Shown here: in pieces, positions 40,655 through 51,587 of the stretch | How the letters are laid out: every line of letters begins with the position of its first letter | Numbering within the stretch: the first letter of the stretch is position 1 | From: Porphyridium purpureum | Taxonomy: Eukaryota | Reading direction: 5' to 3' | DNA length: 64,000 bases | Assembly: GCA_008690995.1 (NCBI GenBank) | Contig: VRMN01000002.1 | Location: forward strand, 186,001-250,000 | Program-made: the position numbers and the translations under genes | The notes under the pieces: generated by a model | Database searches by the model: none | What the model was told of the DNA's origin: nothing | The model's input: the letters and a program-made list of their open reading frames with translations, nothing else

Positions 40655-41800
40655 ATGGCGGACGAGTTTGTGCCGCAGGATGAGATCCTGCACCTCGCGG
40701 CGCTGGAGTTCCGAGCGCGGCGCACGGGCGCCACGGCAGACGCCGACACGCTGCGCGCGTTGATCGTGGAGCGAAACGCGCTGCCGCTGTACGTGAAAGT
40801 CGCGGCCGAGCTGGGCTGGCAGGAGGATGAGGAGATGAAAGCGCGGCTGCAGAAGCAGATCGACGCGCGTCTCGCGGAGCTCGAGGAGAAGCTCAAGGAC
40901 GCCAGCGAAAATCTGGGCGAGAGCGAAGTGCGCGACGCGCTGGAGAAGCGCGCGGAATTCCTCACGCAGATTCTCGACAAGGAGCGCGCAGTCGCGGCCA
41001 CGGAAAAGGCGATCAAGGCGTCGGTCGGATCTGGCCAGAAACTCGACCTCGTGTTCAGCATGATCCGCCTCGCGCTCGCGCTCAAGGACTTTAAGATGTG
41101 CCACGAACAAATCGAAGTCGCAAAGGAAATGATCGAGAAAGGCGGCGATTGGGAGAGGAGAAATCGGCTCAAGGTGTACGAGGCAACGTATAACATGTCA
41201 TGCAGGGACATGCAAGGAGCCTCCAAGCTGTTCCTTGAAGCGCTCGCCACGTTTTCTGCATCAGAGGTATATCCGTTCCGCGATTTTGTACAGTACGCCG
41301 TGCTGACCAGCATGTTTTGTGTCGATCGGCCCACGCTCAAGCAAAAAGTGGCTGCCGCGCCAGAGGTTCTGTCGGTCCTGTTTGAGATGCCCCTGCTAGA
41401 GACGTTTCTGAATGCGCTCGTGCAGTGCGACTACAAGGCGTACATGGCGTGCCTGCCGGAGATCCTTGAGCTCGTGCACAATGATTACTTTTTCGGCGTG
41501 CACATGAACTTTATTGGGCGTGAATTGCGGATTACAGCGTACGCCCAATTCCTCGCAAGCTATCAGTCGGTCACCATGCAGGCCATGAGCGCTGCGTTCG
41601 GGATCGGCATTGACTTTCTCGACGAGGAGCTGAGCCGCTTTATTGTGGCCGGCCGGCTGAACTGCAAGATCGATCGCGTGGGCGGGGTGGTGCACACTGT
41701 GCGCCCGGACGCCAGGAACGGCATCTACAACTCGACCATCAAGCACGGCGATTTGCTGCTGAACCGCATCCAGAAACTTTCGCGAGTGATCGATGTGTAA
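40655..41800 (+). CDS. RPN7: 26S proteasome lid subunit RPN7 (PSMD6)
   Basis: ENLGESEVRDA, GGDWERRNRLKVYE, YAQFLASYQSV; PCI end LNCKIDRV..GDLLLNRIQKLSRVI. Confidence 0.96.
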   Translation: MADEFVPQDEILHLAALEFRARRTGATADADTLRALIVERNALPLYVKVAAELGWQEDEEMKARLQKQIDARLAELEEKLKDASENLGESEVRDALEKRAEFLTQILDKERAVAATEKAIKASVGSGQKLDLVFSMIRLALALKDFKMCHEQIEVAKEMIEKGGDWERRNRLKVYEATYNMSCRDMQGASKLFLEALATFSASEVYPFRDFVQYAVLTSMFCVDRPTLKQKVAAAPEVLSVLFEMPLLETFLNALVQCDYKAYMACLPEILELVHNDYFFGVHMNFIGRELRITAYAQFLASYQSVTMQAMSAAFGIGIDFLDEELSRFIVAGRLNCKIDRVGGVVHTVRPDARNGIYNSTIKHGDLLLNRIQKLSRVIDV

Positions 41801-41952
41801 AGCGATTCTACCAACCTTCTCGGCTCTAATTCTCTTCTTCTGAATTCAAAGACGAAACTGATGCCTTCAACCTAATGATCGAGTCGTTCCACTGCGGCCG
41901 GAACAAATACTCAACCACGAGCGCAGCGGGGCTCAGCAGTGTGCGCCCTCAA

Positions 41953-42327
41953 CTATGATGCACTGTCGTCATCCGAACTCCAAAGGAATGAGCACTTGAC
42001 GCAACTGAAAAAGGTGACGAGCTTGGAATCATTTTTCTGCACCGGCTTGAGCCACGTAACCGCCAGCGAGCCCGTACATGATGAGTCCCGACACGGAACG
42101 ACGACGCGCTTGAGCGTCGGATCGCTCGCCACGCCCTTGGACACCCCGCCAGTCTGGTCCGATCGGTCCTTTGTCACCACATTGCGATACACCGGCACTT
42201 CATACTGCAGCATCTCCTCCACCGTGCCGCAGGTGCGGCAGCTATACATCAGCGTGCGCTTCTCCCCGGACCGGCCCTCCCGCGCAAACATCATGTTGTT
42301 ACATTCCTGGCAGAACCGCACTGACAT
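41953..42327 (-). CDS. RPB9: RNA polymerase II subunit RPB9
   Basis: RFCQECNNM, YSCRTC, DPTL, second zinc ribbon C..C/CVKC; lacks the RSADE hairpin of RPC11/RPA12. Confidence 0.82.
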   Translation of the reverse strand: MSVRFCQECNNMMFAREGRSGEKRTLMYSCRTCGTVEEMLQYEVPVYRNVVTKDRSDQTGGVSKGVASDPTLKRVVVPCRDSSCTGSLAVTWLKPVQKNDSKLVTFFSCVKCSFLWSSDDDSAS

Positions 42328-42788
42328 CTTGCCGCCGCTTTCTTCCCTTTCTACACGCAATCGCCGGTCCTTCACTGCGTGACAACCACAGGAGTACAAA
42401 TGTACCTGGCCGCTCCAAATTTTTCTTCGCAGCTCTTTTCTGTTTTCCGCAACTCCCGATACCCGGCTGTTGCGTCTCGACAGAGCGCAGCAACCGGTGA
42501 GGGAACTGATACGTTTCTAATTTCTCAATTCCCTGCGCTCCACCAAAAACTCCCCGATCATGATGGCCCCACCGCGCCCGGTGCGTCGCTCGCGCGCGTT
42601 CACGCGGCGCGCGTTGATGCGCGGGCGATGCAACGCGACCTTCTGGTGGCTCGCGCTTGTGTCGGATCCCGCAAGGACGATCACAAAAAGGAAGGGGACG
42701 GAGGGGGACGGGCGGACCCGAGGTCTGATCCTCGCCCGATGTCATCCCCCCGATTGTAGAGCTGCGGTGTATTTCTATTCGAACACCA

Positions 42789-43952
42789 CTACCGAGTGCT
42801 TGTGCTTTTATCGACATGAGTTGGCGAAGACGAGGCGTCTTCTTGATTGGGTGCCTGGCTTGTGCTCGTGCCCCAGTAATCGCTGATCCGAAAGTTGAGC
42901 AAGCCCTTCCCGAGAATCGTTTCGTAGAACATGACGGTCTCCTCATATATCATCCACGTGATTGCGCTGCCCAGACAGCGCTTGAAAAAGCGCGGGCTCG
43001 ACCCGCGGAAAAAGCCGTAGAAACCTTCCTCTTTGAACACCCGCATCATGGTCTGGCGCGCCGTTGCGTACTTATCCTTCCGCCCATGCTTGTGTCTGCT
43101 TAATTGCATCCGTGTCTTGACGACGTCCTGCGGCTGCGTCAGCACGGTAGCAATGCCACCACCAAGCAGTCCACACGCAAAGTTGACCGCCATGCCACGA
43201 TATCGATCGGTGTCTGAGCGCATCGCAGGAGCCGACCCGTCCTCGGGGCCAGAGCCGGCGCCTGAACCGGCCTCAGATCTTAGCTTCTGCTTCGCCTTGT
43301 CGAACCCGCCGCTGCCTTCAATCTGGAGGAACGAAGTCAGGTACTCCTTGGAGCGTAAATAGAAGAGCACGTAGAGCGCGCTGTACGGCGCGTCGCGCAG
43401 AATCATGGGAAAGAGGCCAGAGAAGAGCCCGCGCATTCCTTCCTGTGTCGCGATCACGTACACTGCGTTGAACAAACCGGTGTACTTGCTGGCGAGCTCG
43501 ACGGCCTCGAAGCGCGTCTTGATGACGGACAGAGGGCAGCCTAGCGTGGCGGAAATGGAGCGCGCGGTGGCGCCCGCAACCAAAGTGGCTGAGGAGGACA
43601 ATGTTCCATCGGATGAGCGCAGCAAATCCGAGACCCTTGTGAGCGACACAAAGTAGATGCCGACGCCGCTCATATTGCGCAGCACGGTGGGCACGACGCC
43701 GCGCCACAGGCCCAATGGTCCGTCATTTGCCAGAATGGAGCGAAACGTCTGTGCGACGCCGGCATTATCTGGTATGAAGAGCAAGTTGTTGACGCCGACG
43801 CTCCTGCCAAAGTGCGACGAGATCTGCATGCGCGTCTTGATCACGTCCAGCGGCTGCAGCAGAAACGTGGTCACCAAGCCCGACGTCGCGCCGGCCATGA
43901 AATTCGCGCTCGAGCGCGGGCCCTTCCCACTACCCCCCGCCCCTACCCCCAT
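42789..43952 (-). CDS. Mitochondrial carrier, SLC25A38/Hem25 (glycine transporter)-like
   Basis: Three PxD/SxxKTR motifs (QPLDVIKTRMQ, PLSVIKTRFE, QPQDVVKTRMQ); RDAPYS, AITWMIYE. Confidence 0.88.
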   Translation of the reverse strand: MGVGAGGSGKGPRSSANFMAGATSGLVTTFLLQPLDVIKTRMQISSHFGRSVGVNNLLFIPDNAGVAQTFRSILANDGPLGLWRGVVPTVLRNMSGVGIYFVSLTRVSDLLRSSDGTLSSSATLVAGATARSISATLGCPLSVIKTRFEAVELASKYTGLFNAVYVIATQEGMRGLFSGLFPMILRDAPYSALYVLFYLRSKEYLTSFLQIEGSGGFDKAKQKLRSEAGSGAGSGPEDGSAPAMRSDTDRYRGMAVNFACGLLGGGIATVLTQPQDVVKTRMQLSRHKHGRKDKYATARQTMMRVFKEEGFYGFFRGSSPRFFKRCLGSAITWMIYEETVMFYETILGKGLLNFRISDYWGTSTSQAPNQEDASSSPTHVDKSTSTR

Positions 43953-44128
43953 TGCTCCTCCTCCTCCAACATCAAACCATCCATCCACTCATCCCTTCTC
44001 CACCACCCCCACCAAAACCCTTCTCTCATCCTCTCAATCAAACACGCGTCCCATCACCGCAACGCACTTCATTTGAGCTCAGTCACCTTTATACTAAAAC
44101 ACCAACGTCCTATCATAATTGCTTACAT

Positions 44129-44197
44129 AAACCCCAAACCCTAATCCCAAACCCTAATCCCAACCCTACCCTAACTCTAGATCCAATCCTAGGGTTA
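44129..44197. repeat. Telomere-like / telo-box cluster (AAACCCTAA x2, CCCTAA variants, TAGGGTTA)
   Basis: AAACCCTAA at 44136 and 44149 in a divergent intergenic region. Confidence 0.7.
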
Positions 44198-44295
44198 CTG
44201 GCTGGGTTTGGACGGGGGTTTGATGCGGCGTGGGGCTGTCGAGGGGAGAGAGGGAGGGACGGGCGGGAAGGGAGGGAGGGGTGTGGTGGGTGAAG

Positions 44296-45180
44296 ATGCT
44301 GACGCGGGTCATGTGGCGGGCAGTGTCTCGTGCGCGTGCACGCGTGCTTGCGCAAAATTCAAGCCGGTTCACGGAGGTGGATCGCGGGTATGCTGTGGCA
44401 AACGCGCTCGGCGCGCGGCGCGCGATCGCTCACGACGCGAGGACGCAGCGTGCGCGAGTGGATGCAGGGCTGGCGAAGGAGCCGCAGGTGGATCCGAATG
44501 ATGTGTTCAGAACGGCGCTGCACGCTGAGAACTTGCCGCAGAGCTCGTTTGACCATGTCCTGCAGGGGATCATGGTGAGGATCAGGGAGGACGGCTCGAT
44601 TCCGCGCAAGCAGGTGGTTGCCGATCTGATCAGCAAGTGCGAAAGTCATGACCACGCTATGCAGGCGCTCGAAGTGCTCAAGCATTTCCATAAGAGCCTG
44701 CGTGACGTAGGAGATGAATGCAGGCTTGAATTGGCGAAGCGCTTTTTGATGGAACCGGAAAAGGGGCTCGCAGAGACGGTCTTCTACATCACGCGGTGGA
44801 GGAAAACCGGGCTCAAGCCGAGCGTGAGCATGTTTCGCGAGGTATTTTCGCATATAAATGACAAGAAGCAGTGGAGTGCACTCAAGCCGCTGAATCAACT
44901 ATTGTACAAGGAAAAGTACTGGAACGCGCACGAGCTTTTTGACATGTACCTGGACTCGATGCTTGCGAGTGCGATGGAAACAGAGCCACGTCCCTTGTAC
45001 TCTTTGATTTTGTGCGGATTCATGCGAGGCGTGCGATTTGATCCAGCCAAGTTCGCTCAAGTCGTGGAAGCTTTGAAGAAGAGAAATAACGACGACTGGG
45101 CGGCTCGGCTGTCAGAACTCGCATCAATACCAGAGGTAGTGGCACTTCAAAATTCTATGGAGCAGCGGCTTCCAAGCTAA
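44296..45180 (+). CDS. Putative mitochondrial helical-repeat (PPR-like) protein
   Basis: Arg-rich presequence MLTRVMWRAVSRARARV; GLKPSVSMF and GVRFD are PPR-like ends. Confidence 0.55.
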   Translation: MLTRVMWRAVSRARARVLAQNSSRFTEVDRGYAVANALGARRAIAHDARTQRARVDAGLAKEPQVDPNDVFRTALHAENLPQSSFDHVLQGIMVRIREDGSIPRKQVVADLISKCESHDHAMQALEVLKHFHKSLRDVGDECRLELAKRFLMEPEKGLAETVFYITRWRKTGLKPSVSMFREVFSHINDKKQWSALKPLNQLLYKEKYWNAHELFDMYLDSMLASAMETEPRPLYSLILCGFMRGVRFDPAKFAQVVEALKKRNNDDWAARLSELASIPEVVALQNSMEQRLPS

Positions 45181-45723
45181 GCTGCACGCGGGATGGGGCT
45201 ATTTTAAGGTACGTTGCGATTCGGCATCTTTCGTTTTTCTCCCCGGTCAGCGCCCTGGTGGTGTACTGTCCCAGAGCACAATGATTACAAACAAGTCACC
45301 TAATAATCAATAATCTAGCCACTGAAGGAACAGTGACGAAAAACTACTACGACGGTATATGAGTGACAGATTGGAAGGCACCAAAAGGGATAGGCTCTGG
45401 GCAGAAAGTGACACTTCTCGTGCATGGATAGTAATTTTACTGACCAGAGTTCGTCGTGTGTTTTTGTTTGTCGCTGATATTACCCTGTGACTGACGGATT
45501 TTCCTGTTCGCCAATGCGCCTTCCTTTTGGGCCATAGATATTGCGAGATGTGTTATTAGTGAATTTGATATCAATATTCGGAGTCATCATGTGCTGGTTT
45601 TCTGCTCACGCCAGTGCCTACATCGCTTTTGACATGCGATTCAAGATATCCAGGCGTGGATATGCCAGAGATTCGGCAATGAGCGGAGAGCTGGGAAGGA
45701 CAACGGAGACTATGAGCCAAAAC

Positions 45724-46521
45724 CTACTCTCCAAATTCCAGAACTTTGCGCGCTTTGGGGCCTTGGTCCTGAGCGAGCTTGGATGGCGTCGCGGAGCGTA
45801 CAGAAACAGTCTTTTGCAGGTTCGCATGATCCAGCGCCTTGTTCGGAGAATAGGCAAAATTGTTTTGAGAGAGAAGTCGCTGCACGTCCGGATTCACCTC
45901 CCGCCCAGGCGTCCGATTCCTCGAGCAGTGCCGCACTGGACTTACGAGCGTGTCAACGCCCAGGTCGTTCCGCTGGGAACTTGACGCGCGCACTTGTGCG
46001 TACGTCAAGACGGACCCGACGGGCTCGCTGCGCGAGAGGTCGTCCTTAGCTACCGATGAAGGTCTCAGCGGAGTATATACACGCTTTGCTGGAGACCGTA
46101 ATGCCCTGGGCGTGTTGCCATGGCCCGTCTTGACGACCACACGTGACGGTGTCATACTCAAGTTTGTTCGTCGCGGCGTCTGTGCTGGCGATCGATCTGG
46201 CAGGCGCGTCATCGTGTCCCTTTTCTCTGGAGTGACATGATCAGTCGCGTGATTCGCAAGTGCAGGAGCATTCTCATCGCACTGGTCCATGATGGCGACC
46301 GTACTCGTTCGCCGCGCCGCTGCTGTCGGTGCACCGTTGCGCACGCGCTGCGGTGTGCCGGTCACCCTTGGCGCGGCGGTCATCGGCATGTCGTTGCACG
46401 AATTGCAATAGGAAGACATGGAATCTGGGACACAAATCGGGCGCGCGAGATGTCTTCTCTTTCCTCCGGGCAAGCACATGTCACACGTGCTTCTCCCATT
46501 CCTTGTTGGGCCTTCAGCCAT
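45724..46521 (-). CDS. Hypothetical disordered protein with many S/T-P sites; CKAP2-C-terminal-like motif
   Basis: VSPVRHCSR ... FAYSPNKAL recalls the TPVRRS..PNxAL motif of CKAP2-type proteins (from memory). Start uncertain. Confidence 0.55.
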   Translation of the reverse strand: MAEGPTRNGRSTCDMCLPGGKRRHLARPICVPDSMSSYCNSCNDMPMTAAPRVTGTPQRVRNGAPTAAARRTSTVAIMDQCDENAPALANHATDHVTPEKRDTMTRLPDRSPAQTPRRTNLSMTPSRVVVKTGHGNTPRALRSPAKRVYTPLRPSSVAKDDLSRSEPVGSVLTYAQVRASSSQRNDLGVDTLVSPVRHCSRNRTPGREVNPDVQRLLSQNNFAYSPNKALDHANLQKTVSVRSATPSKLAQDQGPKARKVLEFGE

Positions 46522-46640
46522 CGCAACAGAGTGAACATTTTCAAATTTTTGAAATCTTGCGTTAGTACAGTGTCAGACTTGTAGTGTACAGTGTAGCACG
46601 GGCATGGCCTGCCAGGTGCGCGCCTAGCTGAACAACTCGA

Positions 46641-48011
46641 TCACTTGCTCCACATTTCCGCTGTTGTTCTGACGTTTCCAGTCCTCGCCCTCTTGAAACG
46701 GTTTTTCACACCTGGAGTCACGCCGCCGCTTGGTGCAGCCGCCACCTGGTCCTGAAGTGATGGTGCAGCTGCGGGCCCAGAGAAAGGCGGCATCCCGGCG
46801 CCAGCGCTGGACTCGGGTGAAGAATGCGGTTGCTGCATCCACATGCGCGCACGTCGAGGCATACAGTCTGGTGCCGCCAGAAGCTCGCAGCGGCCCACCG
46901 GTTTCTGCGCGGCATCGCGGTCAGCGATCGGGTTCAACACGTACGCAAGAATATCGAGACGAGGGTGCCACGCGATGCTCTTGACTCGGTGGTTCTTCGG
47001 TAGCTGCCAGCTCCTGATGGCCTCGCCCGTAACTGCATCTACGAGAATGATGTCCTCATTCGATGCCAGCGCAAGCAAGTTGCCGGAATGATCCCAGTCG
47101 ACACGTCTGAGCCCATGATCGGTCAGTTGCACCAAGCGCACGGTGTCGCAGTGCTCAGTGTCCCACAAAAACGCAGTCGTATCTTTGGACACCGTGGCAA
47201 GCAGCGCTTCACCTGTGCGATCACGACCCTGGCCACTGGGCCGCAACTTCATATCCCATATGCTATCTCTATGTGCACGTTTCGGGAATTCGGGTAACCT
47301 TGAAAACGTGTCCAGGCTCAAAGCGTCCACTGCGGCGCCGTGCTCGCTGCTACCATCCTTTATACCAAGGTAGCATCTTTCATGCGCTTCATCCCAGCAG
47401 AAGGAGTGGAGCACGTGCTTATACGTGGTGCAGAATGCCCGTGTCATCGACTCCATGTTGAAAATGGCGAGCTCCTCGCCGAGAGTGCGCGCCATAAGCC
47501 ACTTTCCGGATGGGCTCCAGACCATCTGGTCTGTGCGGCTTCCTGATTTTCCCCAGTACTCAAAAACGGGCGTGTATATGCTGCTGACCTTGGCGGCCAC
47601 CTCGTGCGCCATTTCTTCCACTGTCACCAAGTAGATGCCCTTTTGAGTGGCCAGTGCCATCTGCTGGTCATTCTTCGGGCTCCAGGCGATCGCGTGCACA
47701 TTCAGCTTGTTCCCGTCCGGCGCGGTCAGCGGCTTGAACGACGCGACCACTGGATCCAGCGTATTTGGATCAATGATACATATCGCATCAAGCTTGGGCA
47801 CGAATGCCAGGAGCGATCCCGAAGCGTTCCACGCCACCAGCTCCATCATTTTGCTACCTTCGAACGCGCGCCCGACCTCCCATCCGTCAGACGCGCGCCG
47901 CATGCCTTCAACCCCGCCATCTCTCATCCCGAGCGCCATCATCCTCTCGCTTGTTCGGTGCGCAACGTGCTCGTACCGTTTGACTCCCGATTGCGCGAGG
48001 ACGGGGGACAT
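46641..48011 (-). CDS. WD40-repeat protein, THO complex subunit 3 (TEX1)-like
   Basis: VAWNASGSLLA, IAWSP, AHRDSIWD..LATVSKDTTAFLWD, IAWHPRLDILAY. Confidence 0.7.
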   Translation of the reverse strand: MSPVLAQSGVKRYEHVAHRTSERMMALGMRDGGVEGMRRASDGWEVGRAFEGSKMMELVAWNASGSLLAFVPKLDAICIIDPNTLDPVVASFKPLTAPDGNKLNVHAIAWSPKNDQQMALATQKGIYLVTVEEMAHEVAAKVSSIYTPVFEYWGKSGSRTDQMVWSPSGKWLMARTLGEELAIFNMESMTRAFCTTYKHVLHSFCWDEAHERCYLGIKDGSSEHGAAVDALSLDTFSRLPEFPKRAHRDSIWDMKLRPSGQGRDRTGEALLATVSKDTTAFLWDTEHCDTVRLVQLTDHGLRRVDWDHSGNLLALASNEDIILVDAVTGEAIRSWQLPKNHRVKSIAWHPRLDILAYVLNPIADRDAAQKPVGRCELLAAPDCMPRRARMWMQQPHSSPESSAGAGMPPFSGPAAAPSLQDQVAAAPSGGVTPGVKNRFKRARTGNVRTTAEMWSK

Positions 48012-48262
48012 GGAGAGAATGGTGGAAGGAGCGAGGAGGATTTAAACGAGTTGGAACGCCACATTCTCAGAGAGACTGGAGGAATACGACCATTCCAAGT
48101 GTCCGGCTTCCCCAGAAAGACCCCGGCACTCTGTGGTCAAGCCTGCGCGGCGTCTCGCACTCTCACCAAGGTTGGTGTCATTGCCGGCTGTGGGCTGAAG
48201 CTGAGAGAGCTCGGACTTGGCTTTCTGCCAATTGGCCTGACTTGCTACCGCTGAGAGGAGCC

Positions 48263-49504
48263 ATGGCAATCTTGTTTGTCGGCAGCGTTGGGGTGGGTAG
48301 CTGTGGAGCATGGCATCGCGCCGTTGCGCCTGTGGTGACCTTCAGAGGCTCGGCGAGGACGAGCATACGACCACGTATCCCATGGGACATGACCGGGGCC
48401 GCACCAGGAAAAAAGGATGCCGGTCAGATAGCACGAGGCGCAAAGGAGGCCCTTGAATCTGTAGTACTGTCGGCGGAGTCCCAGCTGAAACCGGATCCAT
48501 TCGCACTGGCGTGTCCCAACAGCAAAGGGGTGACAGGGCTGGAGGAGAGCAGTGCGGATGGCACAACACTATGTGTAGAGTGCGGAGCGGAATTTGGTAC
48601 GTATAGACGGGACGAGCCGGCAGTCAGGGATTTTGTGTTGGGCAGCCGGATGACACAAGGGCAGGCCGGGCGCCGGCCGAGCCCATCGCTCCAGGAGTCA
48701 CTCGAACGCGCGGTGAATCGTGTGCTCGCACCACCTCCAAGCCGCCAGGAACTGTTTCGCAACCCGATCGTATCGTTTCTGTACGAGCGTGGCTGGCGCG
48801 ATAACTTTGCGCGGGCAGGATTTCCCGGACCGGATGAGGAACTCTCGCTAGCATTGGAATGGTTCCACAACTCGAGCGCGGCAGGGCCGGCAGACTTTGC
48901 TCAAAAGGTGGCGGGTCAGGAAGGAAAACGTCGCCTGGGAGGCACTGTGCTTGACGTTTCATGTGGCAGTGGCCTGATGACTCGAAGACTGGTTTTGAGC
49001 GATCAGTTTGACCGCGTGGTGGCGGTTGACTACAGTGAAAGCATGCTTCGTGAAACAGTCAGGCGAGCGCGCGAAGCACGTCTTCCTGTCAGGACAACTC
49101 AGGGCACGAAGCGGGCGGAGAGACGTCGTCAAGGTCGATCGTCGTCCGCCATTCCCGATTCGGACGTTGAGTTGGGTTTCATTCGCGCTGATGTTGCCAG
49201 ACTCCCATTTGCGGACGAGAGTGTGCGCTTCATTCACAATGGTGCTGCACTGCATTGCTACCCGGTCGTGCAGGATGCTGTGCGCGAATTCTACCGCGTC
49301 CTCCAGCCTGGCGGCGCGCTGTTTGCCACAACCTTCCTGCGCAAGGGCATGTACGCAAAGATGCCTGGCGGACGCGGCGCGATGCGGACATTTGACCAAG
49401 ACGAACTGAAATATTTATTCATCGCAGGTGGCTTTGAAGACGTGCAGGTCGAACCATTGCGCGGCTGCGCGGTCATTCGAGCGCTGAAGTTGTTCCATGA
49501 GTAA
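48263..49504 (+). CDS. Plastid-type class I SAM-dependent methyltransferase with N-terminal CxxC region
   Basis: VSFLYERGWRDNF..GFPGPDEE, VLDVSCGSG, VDYSESML, RADVARLPF, GAALHC, RVLQPGG. Confidence 0.88.
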   Translation: MAILFVGSVGVGSCGAWHRAVAPVVTFRGSARTSIRPRIPWDMTGAAPGKKDAGQIARGAKEALESVVLSAESQLKPDPFALACPNSKGVTGLEESSADGTTLCVECGAEFGTYRRDEPAVRDFVLGSRMTQGQAGRRPSPSLQESLERAVNRVLAPPPSRQELFRNPIVSFLYERGWRDNFARAGFPGPDEELSLALEWFHNSSAAGPADFAQKVAGQEGKRRLGGTVLDVSCGSGLMTRRLVLSDQFDRVVAVDYSESMLRETVRRAREARLPVRTTQGTKRAERRRQGRSSSAIPDSDVELGFIRADVARLPFADESVRFIHNGAALHCYPVVQDAVREFYRVLQPGGALFATTFLRKGMYAKMPGGRGAMRTFDQDELKYLFIAGGFEDVQVEPLRGCAVIRALKLFHE

Positions 49505-49932
49505 TGTTGAGAGCATCTTCCACGTTTGTTTGTTTTTTTTTGGTTCGTGTTTTGTCTTGAGAGTGAAGATAGTCTCCCTTTTGGCGAGGCGTGTGCATCG
49601 TACCATTGTCCTAGTCGACTCATTTACGTCAAACGCATGTACTACTGCGTTCTCGGTTCCACGGCCGAACGTATTCCCGTAGAGAGGCCGCAGGTGAAGG
49701 TGCTGCGACCCTGCGTTGATGATGGCCAACTCACGATGTGTTCCCTGGCGATCCTCGTGGAGTGCTTTCACCGGTGATACCACAGGTTCCATACAATATG
49801 TTGTACAGCGAGGACGGTGACTGCTTGGCGCTAAGAGAACGGGATGACCTAAGCTCACATGATTCCAGCCAGCACTGACACGCCGCGCACCATCCTTTTG
49901 GTCTTACACTTTGACCTGCGATGCTACAGTCA

Positions 49933-50613
49933 TCAATGCAAGACTGCAACCTGCACGTTGCGGTCTCGTGGCCCGTCAAAATCCACGAACATGACGGACT
50001 GCCAAGTGCCCAGCATCAGCTCGCCGTCCACGACGGCAACTGTCGTACTATTTCCGAGAATCATTGAGCTGACGTGAGCGTGAGCGTTGATCGGCTCGTT
50101 CTGCATAAACAGTTCGACGCTCTCGTAGCCGCCGTAATTGTTCTTCACAATTGCCTGCCGGTCGGCTTCGCACGCTGGGCGGCGTTCAAGCAAGTTGTGC
50201 TGCCACGGATAGCTCGCCGGTACTAATGATGCCAAAAATTCCCGCACGTCGCCGTTCAGGAGCATTTCGTTCTCGTTGACGAAGATCGCACACGTCGTGT
50301 GCAGACTGGACACGGTGAGAATCCCGTTTACCACGCCCCGCACCTTGCATAGTTCACGCAGCCGCGCGGTCAGATCTGTGACCTCTACAGGCTGGCTTGT
50401 CCGCACGCCAATTTTTTCATGCACGAACGCCATCGTCGTCGTCACCGCTGACGCATATTGTACGCGACCGCATCGAGCCTGTTTTTCGTTTGCGGTGCCC
50501 GCGGCCGTACCCGGAATGCGTCCGACTCCCAATCCAACCTTGCAGCGAGCCGAGTCTTCTCGAGATCGCCTCGTGCGCAGTAATGATGCGCGAGCTACAC
50601 CCGTGAATGCCAT
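49933..50613 (-). CDS. YjbQ/UPF0047 family protein with transit-like N-terminus
   Basis: HTTCAIFVNEN, NAHAH, LGTWQSVMFVDFDGPRDR; MAFTGV start. Confidence 0.88.
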   Translation of the reverse strand: MAFTGVARASLLRTRRSREDSARCKVGLGVGRIPGTAAGTANEKQARCGRVQYASAVTTTMAFVHEKIGVRTSQPVEVTDLTARLRELCKVRGVVNGILTVSSLHTTCAIFVNENEMLLNGDVREFLASLVPASYPWQHNLLERRPACEADRQAIVKNNYGGYESVELFMQNEPINAHAHVSSMILGNSTTVAVVDGELMLGTWQSVMFVDFDGPRDRNVQVAVLH

Positions 50614-50834
50614 TGTCAGATCTTTCTCCTCGCCAATGTCCATCGGCCGACGGGCACGCTCTCCCATGTGGAACGTGAGCTCGCAGCTGCAAACCTGTGG
50701 TGGGCTTTGATCGTGCGTGGCTGGTAAAAAAACCGACGGGGTCCCGGTTGTGAGGCTGGTCTCGAGGTTGGACGCAAGATTTTATATCCGCAGTACTAGT
50801 ACAACAATCGCATCAACAGCGTGCGAGCTGCGGG

Positions 50835-51452
50835 TCACCTGGATGCTAGCCACGCGCGGTTCCACGCGGTGAGGCAAAGCACGAAGAAAAGCAGGCTGAA
50901 GACTTGGTCGGATTGAGTGATCTGGCGAGTGAACGCGTCGGCTTCAGTCGTCGTGAGAGCGTAAGCTAGCACGCCCAGCGGCGTCGCGATCAACGAGACG
51001 TGCGCGGCACTGAGCATGGCCTGTTGGGGCGTGTTGCGCATAAACGCATCTGGCCCGAAAATGGCGTACACAAAGCCGACCACCAGCCACGCCAAGCACA
51101 CGCTACTGCTCAAGGCAATGACGTCAACCACGTGCGTTGCCGCCAGCGGCTGTGAGAGCAGCCGCTCCAAATGGCCCATCTCCTTTTCAATTTCAGACCA
51201 CGCCGCATGCGCAAAATTTGCGGCAAAGATGAAACACGCGTCGCGCGCAAACATGGGCAGAAATGTAGGTCGCTGCGCGTCCATACGCGCGTCTAGCCAA
51301 TCTTTCAGGCGCAAACCTCCATTTCTCCCATCGCCTTTCTTGCCCTTCTTCCGTTCCTCATTTTCACCCTTAGGCAGCCTTCCACCGCTCATCCTCAGCT
51401 CCACACGCCGCGCACACGGCACACACGGCAGCGCCACAAAACACAGCGCCAT
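50835..51452 (-). CDS. Hypothetical plastid membrane protein (about 4 TM)
   Basis: MALCFV transit-like start and hydrophobic segments. Confidence 0.6.
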   Translation of the reverse strand: MALCFVALPCVPCARRVELRMSGGRLPKGENEERKKGKKGDGRNGGLRLKDWLDARMDAQRPTFLPMFARDACFIFAANFAHAAWSEIEKEMGHLERLLSQPLAATHVVDVIALSSSVCLAWLVVGFVYAIFGPDAFMRNTPQQAMLSAAHVSLIATPLGVLAYALTTTEADAFTRQITQSDQVFSLLFFVLCLTAWNRAWLASR

Positions 51453-51587
51453 ATTCTACTCAGCCACCAGGCCAATGCCCGCAACTCGCGCTGCCAGTCA
51501 GCGCTTCTGCTAGCCTGCGAGCCTCCGAGTCTGGTAATCCAGGTGTCCACACTTCTCCGAGACTGCGAGCCTCGAAATCTGAGCTTC

